From positions 1 to 57,867 of the forward strand of contig QZIP01000038.1 of assembly GCA_003599595.1 (NCBI GenBank): a DNA stretch of 57,867 nt, read 5' to 3'. A model generated the notes under the pieces. It made no database searches, was not told where the DNA came from, and saw only the letters and a list, made by a program, of their open reading frames with translations. This document shows, piece by piece, positions 7,942-14,327 of this stretch. Numbering within the stretch: the first letter of the stretch is position 1; every line of letters starts with the position of its first letter. The position numbers and the translations under genes are program-made. This DNA is from Candidatus Parcubacteria bacterium. Lineage in GTDB: Bacteria > Patescibacteriota > Microgenomatia > Levybacterales > GWA1-39-11.

Positions 7942-8703
7942 CTAACATAACTCACTATAAAGCTTGATCCACTGACTCAAAGACAAATAACTTGGCTTTA
8001 TATCTTTTCTAATACCAATCTTATTAAAAGCACTAGATGTCTTTTTAAGGCCAAACTTATTTTTCAAATTTTTCATCAGTGGTAGTCCCTGGTTAAACCC
8101 AAGCCGGACAAGATCTTGATAATCTTTTCTTTCTTTCCGGGAAATCAAGGGATTATCCTGTTTTTTAAACCTTAGTATTACCACATCAACACTTGGCACT
8201 GGAACAAAATCAGTCCGTTCGAAATGATGGTAAATAGAAAAATCAAACCAGGGTTTATGCATGACTGAAAACATATTTTCCTTGTATGGAGCACAAAGAC
8301 GGTAAGCAAGCTCTTTCATCATCACCAAATAGCAATCTTCTGGCGGATTGTAAGACCCTATAAGTTTTCTAATGATTTTTCCTTCAATTGAAAAGGGAAT
8401 ATTTGCAAAAACCTTATAAGGTGAGGACGGAAGCTGAAAATCCAATATATCCGCCTTGTACAAGTTTATATTTTTAACATTAATAAACTTATTTTGTAAA
8501 TATTTATACCAATAGCCATCAATTTCAACAGCAATTACCTGCTTTGCTTGATTGATAAGTTTTTGGGTAATAATTCCTTTCCCGGGACCAATTTCTAAAA
8601 CAAGATCATTTTTACCAATAGAAGATTTTAGGACTAGCTTTTTAACAAGCTTCCTTTTATAAAGAAAGTTTTGTGAGAAGAGCTTCCGCCGTAAACTGTA
8701 CAT
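7942..8703 (-). CDS. erm: Erm-like 23S rRNA (adenine-N6)-methyltransferase (Erm/KsgA superfamily)
   Basis: 253 aa. FSQNFL, EIGPGKGIIT SAM motif, YKVFANIPFSI catalytic NIPY-like motif, C-terminal LSLSQWIKLYSEL. Length and C-terminal domain resemble ErmC/ErmB more than KsgA. Canonical SD AAGGAGG 7 nt upstream of the ATG. Confidence 0.65.
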   Translation of the reverse strand: MYSLRRKLFSQNFLYKRKLVKKLVLKSSIGKNDLVLEIGPGKGIITQKLINQAKQVIAVEIDGYWYKYLQNKFINVKNINLYKADILDFQLPSSPYKVFANIPFSIEGKIIRKLIGSYNPPEDCYLVMMKELAYRLCAPYKENMFSVMHKPWFDFSIYHHFERTDFVPVPSVDVVILRFKKQDNPLISRKERKDYQDLVRLGFNQGLPLMKNLKNKFGLKKTSSAFNKIGIRKDIKPSYLSLSQWIKLYSELC

Positions 8704-8849
8704 AGCGAAACCTCCTTATGAAAAACATCATAATATTAATATTCCTTAACTAACTTTTATATTATTGCTTATTGTATTATATCATTCTTAATTCAAAAAT
8801 AAAAAGCAACCCTAAATAATTTTGTTAAAAATTATTATTTTAGATAAAC

Positions 8850-10127
8850 TTAGTTTAATAACACTAAAATCTCATCTTTAATAGCCAGTTGAATATCACT
8901 TGGTAATAATTCACGCTCCTGAAGTTCAACCACTTTATCGCTATCTCTTCCTCCCAAAATGACAAAGCCAGATTCTGTTGCGACCTCTTTTAAAGTTTCT
9001 CTAATACCTTGTATAAATAATATAATTTCTGCTTTTTCTGTATTGCCCATATTTTCTGGAAATGGAATATGGTGGGTTTTGCTGGTTGTGTCTATGAAGA
9101 TTACACTTTGGCAAAACTGATAGAGACCCTCAACTTTTTGTAAATTTTTATGCAGAGGAAATCTTTCAGGAAAAGTATGGCTGGAAATGCCAATTTTTAT
9201 GCCTGCCCTATGAAGTTGTCTTGCAAGTGAAAGAACACAACCATACGCTTCAGCTGTACCAGAATCACCATGATAAAAATAGGACCTGATTTTTACTTCA
9301 TGTTCTGAAAAAGTTTCTCTGATTTGCCATTCTATTTTTTCATCACTTTCAAATGCTCCGTCTCTTAAAAACCCTCCAACATATGAACCTGTAGTTATCA
9401 TTTTTTTAACACCAATTATGCTTGCCAAATATTTAGAAAATGAAATTAAAGGTAACTGGGAGTATTCAATGGGGTCATCAAAAATTCCAGCAGGTCTTTT
9501 GTAATCAACTCCCTTTGTGGCTACGTGTTCAATTCCAGCTTCTCTGATAAAAGATTCAGGATTTTCAGCCATTTTAATATAGTCTTGAGTGGAAACAAGT
9601 GGGGCAGGGGAGTCCTGACGGGTAAAAACAACAAAAGCCGATTCTGGAGATAAGACAATATTATGTTTTTGCAACTCTTTTTTTAGTGCAATTTCTGCTT
9701 CGTAAATATTTTGTGGTTTTGTTAAAGAATAACCAGCAGGTTGAAAGAATATAATTGGGAGTCCCATTTCATTAGCTCTCTGAATGAGCTTGCATAGTTC
9801 CTGACTATAAATTTCAAATCTTCTTTGATAGGGCCAATCACTTACTGTCTCTGGGTAATCTTCATACATAAAAGGGTGAACTACTGCAAGACCAGCACCT
9901 TTTTCTTTAAAAGCAGCCTTTAATTTTTCTTCTTGATCTGCCGGGAGGCTAATTCCATCAAAATCCAAATGTTGTAAAAAAATATTTTTCGTTTCAGCTT
10001 CTGTAGGATGTAAGCACAAAACGTCAGAATTAGATTGATAAGGGCTTCCCTCTTTTAACATATTGTTTAAAATGTTGTTTAAGATATATGAGGAAAGAAT
10101 TATAACAAAGGAGTAGACCAAAAACAA
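8850..10127 (-). CDS. Hypothetical protein
   Basis: 425-aa ORF from a TTG start. The first ATG is at 10061 (MLKEGSPYQ). No motif recognised. Confidence 0.55.
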   Translation of the reverse strand: MFLVYSFVIILSSYILNNILNNMLKEGSPYQSNSDVLCLHPTEAETKNIFLQHLDFDGISLPADQEEKLKAAFKEKGAGLAVVHPFMYEDYPETVSDWPYQRRFEIYSQELCKLIQRANEMGLPIIFFQPAGYSLTKPQNIYEAEIALKKELQKHNIVLSPESAFVVFTRQDSPAPLVSTQDYIKMAENPESFIREAGIEHVATKGVDYKRPAGIFDDPIEYSQLPLISFSKYLASIIGVKKMITTGSYVGGFLRDGAFESDEKIEWQIRETFSEHEVKIRSYFYHGDSGTAEAYGCVLSLARQLHRAGIKIGISSHTFPERFPLHKNLQKVEGLYQFCQSVIFIDTTSKTHHIPFPENMGNTEKAEIILFIQGIRETLKEVATESGFVILGGRDSDKVVELQERELLPSDIQLAIKDEILVLLN

Positions 10128-10162
10128 GTTACTATAGGGTTATAAACAGATTTTGAGTAAGA

Positions 10163-10186
10163 ATGCTGAATTCGCAGTGGAAGTGC
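10163..10186. mobile_element. Solo IS30 terminus remnant
   Basis: GCTGAATTCGCAGTGGAAGTGCAC is identical over 24 nt, in the same orientation, to the left terminus of the intact IS (5392-5415). The IS interior is replaced by the dus-tail copy. Confidence 0.75.
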
Positions 10187-10236
10187 ACTTGGTCAGCCTA
10201 ATAAACAATTACAAACAAAGTCTCTAAATTGTTTCC
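10187..10236 (+). repeat. Imperfect duplicate of the dus 3' end (partner at 3751-3800)
   Basis: ACTTGGTCAGCCTAATAAACAATTACAAACAAAGTCTCTAAATTGTTTCC versus 3751-3800 ACTTGGTCAGCCTAATAAACAACTACAAACAAAACCTATAAATTATTTTC. A handful of mismatches over 50 nt. Confidence 0.75.
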
Positions 10237-10262
10237 TGAAGTGAGCCTATTATACTTTATAG

Positions 10263-10336
10263 TACCGCCAGCGGGAGTCGAACCCGCGATCTTCACGTTG
10301 AGAACGTGACGTCCTAGGCCACTAGACGATGGCGGC
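10263..10336 (-). tRNA. tRNA-Glu (anticodon CUC)
   Basis: The reverse complement GCCGCCATCGTCTAGTGGCCTAGGACGTCACGTTCTCAACGTGAAGATCGCGGGTTCGACTCCCGCTGGCGGTA folds as a cloverleaf. Anticodon stem TCACG/CGTGA, loop TTCTCAA, T-loop TTCGACT. No encoded CCA. Confidence 0.9.
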
Positions 10337-10397
10337 TCTATTTACTATTTTTTCAATTGCAACCTTACTTTTTAGTATATATGTCGTAAACATTTTA

Positions 10398-10471
10398 GTC
10401 CTGGGCCACTAGCCCCGATGATCGTTGTCATCGGGATCCCGATGGAATCTACCATCGGGAACGATGAGGCC
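10398..10471 (-). pseudogene. tRNA-Glu 5'-half-like fragment interrupted by two tandem CCCGATG hairpins
   Basis: On the minus strand, GGCCTCATCGT, then a 48-nt insert, then CTAGTGGCCCAGGAC matches the acceptor-5' plus D-arm of the adjacent tRNA (about 22 of 26). The insert (10413-10460) is CCCGATGA..TCATCGGG plus CCCGATGG..CCATCGGG. There is no anticodon or T arm. Confidence 0.4.
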
Positions 10472-10559
10472 AACTGCTTACACTATTTTACCTTATCCAG
10501 CCACAAAACTCAACAAAAAATTACAAAACATCCAATTTTCAAAAACAGCGGAAGTTGTG

Positions 10560-10565
10560 TATAAT
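10560..10565 (+). promoter_or_regulatory. -10 box TATAAT, 10 nt upstream of the GT2 start
   Basis: TATAAT at 10560-10565, ATG at 10576, no SD. Confidence 0.35.
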
Positions 10566-10575
10566 ATTTTATGAT

Positions 10576-11337
10576 ATGAATAAATTCTTGCTTTCAGTTG
10601 TTATCCCTTCCTACAATGAAATGGCAAATCTCAGAAAGGGAACACTGGAAAAACTAAAAAATTATCTAGACAAACAAAAAGATAAGTGTTCTTATGAGGT
10701 AATTATTGTAGACGATGGATCAAATGACGGTAGCAGGGAATTTGTTGAAAAATTTGTCAAAGAAAATAATGGTTTCAAACTTGTTAAAAACTCTCATACA
10801 GGTAAAGCGGGTGCTGTCACAGCCGGAGTTCTATCCTCAAAGGGAGATTATGTCCTTTTTACTGATATGGATCAGGCAACTCCAATTGAAGAACTTGATA
10901 AGTTCTTTCCGGCAATTGAAGAAGGGTATGATATTGTGATCGGCTCAAGAAGCAGCAGAAGAAAAGGCTCTCCACTAACCCGTATTATTATGTCAAAAGG
11001 AATAATAGTTTTAAGGACTATTCTGGTAGGTTTACCAAAGGTTAAAGATACGCAATGCGGTTTTAAAATGTTTAGTAAATCAGCGGCAAAAAAGATATTT
11101 AGCAAAGTTAAAGATATTCACCAAGGATATAGTCAGATCAAAGGCTCCTCAGTTACAGCAGGTTTTGATATAGAACTTCTTTATTTAGGAGAAAAGTTTG
11201 GGTACAAGACAAGGGAAATTCCTGTTGATTGGTTATATGTGGAAACCAGGCGTGTAAGTCCCATTAAAGACTCTATTGAAGGCGTGCTTGACTTAGTAAA
11301 AATAAAGTTAAATATTATTAATGGAACCTATAAATAA
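10576..11337 (+). CDS. GT2 polyprenyl-phosphate sugar synthase (DPM1/ALG5/ArnC/CsbB-like)
   Basis: LSVVIPSYNE, IIVDDGSNDGS, FTDMDQATP, DTQCGFKMF. The ORF track starts at a TTG at 10555; the ATG at 10576 is preferred. Confidence 0.8.
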   Translation: MNKFLLSVVIPSYNEMANLRKGTLEKLKNYLDKQKDKCSYEVIIVDDGSNDGSREFVEKFVKENNGFKLVKNSHTGKAGAVTAGVLSSKGDYVLFTDMDQATPIEELDKFFPAIEEGYDIVIGSRSSRRKGSPLTRIIMSKGIIVLRTILVGLPKVKDTQCGFKMFSKSAAKKIFSKVKDIHQGYSQIKGSSVTAGFDIELLYLGEKFGYKTREIPVDWLYVETRRVSPIKDSIEGVLDLVKIKLNIINGTYK

Positions 11338-11339
11338 AT

Positions 11340-11543
11340 AAAGCTAAAAAGTCAAATCTAAAATCTCAAATCTCAAATCTACATCTTAAATATTAAAACT
11401 TATAATCGATTAATGATTAAAGAATAAAGATTAATGAATAAATATATATAAAATATCATTAATCATAAATTCCGATTTAATCGGAATCAATCATTATTCA
11501 TTATTCAAGATATTATAGATTTTAGATTTGAGATTAATAAATT
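11340..11543. repeat. Large imperfect palindromic intergenic element built from heptamer arrays around a CCGAT palindrome
   Basis: Left arm is (CAAATCT/AAAATCT) heptamers at 11353-11394. Right arm AGATTTTAGATTTGAGATT (11518-11535) is complementary to it. Inner pairs are ATTAATGATT/AATCATTAAT and GATTAATGAATAA/TTATTCATTATTC. Central palindrome is ATTCCGATTTAATCGGAAT (11469-11487). Confidence 0.65.
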
Positions 11544-12749
11544 ATGTTTAAAAAATTACTATTTCCCGGCTGGATATTATCAGCCTTATCTCTTTTTCTC
11601 TATTCATTCACTCAGGTTGATCTCTCACTCACTCTTTCAAGGATTTCTATTTGGCAGACAATTCAAAAAGCCTTTCAGTATATTGGCTACTTTGATAGAC
11701 CTTTATCATTAAACTTGTTTCTTGCAATAATGCTGATCTTCATCTTCCTCTACCTTGTTACCTTATACCTTGCCAGCAAAAATAAAATCAAAAGAAAAAA
11801 TGCTTGGCAGATAATTTTTGTGGTAAGCGTAATACTTTTTTTCTCCTACAATGCTTTTTCCTATGATCTTTTTAATTATATGTTTGATGCGAAAATTGTC
11901 ACATATTACCAGCAAAATCCATATGAGCATAAAGCCCTTGATTATCCAGGTGATCCTTATCTTTCCTTCATGCACTGGACTCATAGAGTCTACCCTTACG
12001 GGCCTGTGTGGCTCGCCTTGACAGTTCCCTTGTCTTTTATTGGTTTTAATTTCTTCTTAATCACTTTGTATTTATTTAAATTTCTTGCTCTTTTATCTTT
12101 CTTGGGAACATCCTACTTTTTAGAAAAAATATTAACTAAGATTAATCCAAAAACATCACTCTTAGGCTTAGTTTTCTTTGCCTTTAACCCCTTGGTCTTA
12201 GTAGAATCATTGGTCTCAGCACATAACGACATTGTTATGATTTTCTTTGCTGTATCCGCTGTTTATCTATCACTCGGAAAAAAACTAATTCCTGCAGTTA
12301 TTTCTTTTATATTGTCAATTGGCGTAAAGTTTGTTTCCGTATTTCTAACCCCGTTAATTTTGGTGTTTCTTTTTATGTCTTATAAAAAGAGAATGAATAT
12401 TGAATCAGATTTGCTCAGATTTCAAATTCTTTCCTTGATTGCCTTAGTTCTAATGACCTTTGCTGTAGTTTTTGCTTCTTTTAGAACCAATTTTCAGCCT
12501 TGGTATCTTTTCTATCTTTTACCTATCGCAGCTATGCTCGTAAATAGATATTTTGTTTTAGTTCCAGCCATCATTGTATCGGTTTTCTCTCTATTTCAGT
12601 ATGCTCCTTATATATATCTTGGAAATTGGGACGATCCCGTACCGCAAATTCTATCATTGATAACTATCTCCTCGATTCTAGTCTCATCAGTATTGGTGGT
12701 CCTGGTATTTGTAAGAAGTAGGAAACGGATTTTTAATTTTAAATTTTAA
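11544..12749 (+). CDS. Polytopic membrane protein, putative GT-C (DUF2029/GT87-like)
   Basis: 401 aa, more than 10 hydrophobic segments. First-loop motif YDLFNYMFDAKIVTYYQQNPY, YPYGPVWL, SAHNDIVM. Confidence 0.5.
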   Translation: MFKKLLFPGWILSALSLFLYSFTQVDLSLTLSRISIWQTIQKAFQYIGYFDRPLSLNLFLAIMLIFIFLYLVTLYLASKNKIKRKNAWQIIFVVSVILFFSYNAFSYDLFNYMFDAKIVTYYQQNPYEHKALDYPGDPYLSFMHWTHRVYPYGPVWLALTVPLSFIGFNFFLITLYLFKFLALLSFLGTSYFLEKILTKINPKTSLLGLVFFAFNPLVLVESLVSAHNDIVMIFFAVSAVYLSLGKKLIPAVISFILSIGVKFVSVFLTPLILVFLFMSYKKRMNIESDLLRFQILSLIALVLMTFAVVFASFRTNFQPWYLFYLLPIAAMLVNRYFVLVPAIIVSVFSLFQYAPYIYLGNWDDPVPQILSLITISSILVSSVLVVLVFVRSRKRIFNFKF

Positions 12750-12781
12750 ATTTTATATTATTGTTTATAACACCAGTGTTT

Positions 12782-12790
12782 TAGTATAAT
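12782..12790 (+). promoter_or_regulatory. TAGTATAAT -10 box, 8 nt upstream of the ATG (leaderless-type)
   Basis: TAGTATAAT at 12782-12790, ATG at 12799, no SD. Confidence 0.45.
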
Positions 12791-12798
12791 CTTTTAAT

Positions 12799-14304
12799 AT
12801 GTCAATTTTGAAGAAAAACAAAAACTTACTTATTATTTTTGCCATTTTTACCGTCCTTTATTTCTTTACCCGCCTCTTCAATGTAATGGCTCTGCCAATT
12901 TTTACTGATGAAGCTATTTATACCCGTTGGAGTCAGATAGCAAGGTATGATGCCGCCTGGCGTTTTATCTCTCTAACAGATGGAAAACAACCTCTTTTTG
13001 TCTGGATAAATATGATTCTTATGCGTTTTATTTCAGATCCTCTGCTTGCTGGAAGATTAGTGTCTGTGGGTGCAGGCTTTTTTACTATGATTGGTATGTT
13101 TTTCCTTTCTTCAGAAATTTTTAAGAATAAAAAAATAGGAATTATTGGATCATTCTTGTATTTAGTTTTTCCCTTTTCTCTTGTTTATGATAGGATGGCG
13201 CTTTATGACTCTTTGGTTGCCTGCTTTGCTGTTTGGTCTCTTTATTTAGAAGTTTTGCTAATAAGACTTAAAAGACTTGATATTGCATTAATATTAGGAC
13301 TGATACTTGGTGGCGGCTTTCTAACTAAAAGTTCAGCTTTTTTCTTTGCATACCTTTTACCATTCTCACTTGTACTTTTTGATCTAGAAAAACCTAAGAG
13401 GGTAGAGAGATTATTAAAATGGGGCAGTCTTGCATTATTATCTGCATCACTTGGCTACTTTTACTATTCAGTTCTAAGACTCTCACCGTTAAGATATATG
13501 ATTAATGAAAAGAACTCAATTTTTATTTATCCTTTTTCAGAATGGATACAGCACCCTCTTAGATTCTTCCATGGAAATTTAGCTGGATTATATGATTGGC
13601 TAATTGCATATCTTGGTATCCCAATTGCATTACTTATAGTTTTTTCCTTGATAATTAGTAAGAAATTCTTTAGAGAAAAAATCCTTTTACTGCTTTGGTT
13701 TTCAATTCCTTTTGTTGCTCTTGCTCTTTTTGGAAAGACACTTTATCCGCGCTTTATTCTCTTTATGACAATGCCTCTTTTGGTACTTGCCGCCTACTCT
13801 CTTTTTGTACTTACTGAAAAATTTAAATCTAAAAAATTTAAAGCTTTGATTATAATTCTTTTTGTAGCACTAAGCCTGAGATCCGATTACTTCATAATTA
13901 CTGATATTGCCAGATCCCCAGTTCATAGGGCAGATTTAACGCAGTATGTTAACGGATGGCCGGCAGGAGGAGGAATGAAAGAAATAGTGGAGTATCTAGA
14001 TGAAAAATCAAAAAAAGGCAAGATATATGTTGCAAGTGAAGGCACATTTGGTAGTATTCCAACATATGTTATGGAGATTTACTTAGATGAGAATAAAAAT
14101 ATAGAAAAAAGAGGAATGTGGCCTCTGCCTCATGAGATACCTCAGGACCTGATAGAAAAAGCAAAGATTATGCCGGTATACTTTATATTTAATAACACTC
14201 AAGAGCCACCTGAAACAACTTGGCCAATAAAGTTAGTGGCAAAATATAATAAAGGGATTAGTAATTCTAGGATCAGCTTATATCAGGTTGTGCCAAATAA
14301 GTAA
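12799..14304 (+). CDS. GT-C family C (ArnT/PMT GT39/GT83-like) membrane glycosyltransferase, divergent member C0
   Basis: 501 aa. PIFTDEAIYTRW acidic first-loop motif, multiple TM segments, soluble C-terminal domain. Confidence 0.65.
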   Translation: MSILKKNKNLLIIFAIFTVLYFFTRLFNVMALPIFTDEAIYTRWSQIARYDAAWRFISLTDGKQPLFVWINMILMRFISDPLLAGRLVSVGAGFFTMIGMFFLSSEIFKNKKIGIIGSFLYLVFPFSLVYDRMALYDSLVACFAVWSLYLEVLLIRLKRLDIALILGLILGGGFLTKSSAFFFAYLLPFSLVLFDLEKPKRVERLLKWGSLALLSASLGYFYYSVLRLSPLRYMINEKNSIFIYPFSEWIQHPLRFFHGNLAGLYDWLIAYLGIPIALLIVFSLIISKKFFREKILLLLWFSIPFVALALFGKTLYPRFILFMTMPLLVLAAYSLFVLTEKFKSKKFKALIIILFVALSLRSDYFIITDIARSPVHRADLTQYVNGWPAGGGMKEIVEYLDEKSKKGKIYVASEGTFGSIPTYVMEIYLDENKNIEKRGMWPLPHEIPQDLIEKAKIMPVYFIFNNTQEPPETTWPIKLVAKYNKGISNSRISLYQVVPNK

Positions 14305-14327
14305 TCGCAATTCCTTTTAAACTCGCT

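Noticed and set aside
11353-11394. The heptamer arrays and the GTTTCAC-containing modules as possible CRISPR repeats
   Set aside because: The units are 7 nt and directly tandem with no spacers. The GGTTTCACRGATTTTTAATCCGC module occurs as single copies in opposite orientations. No cas genes are in the window.
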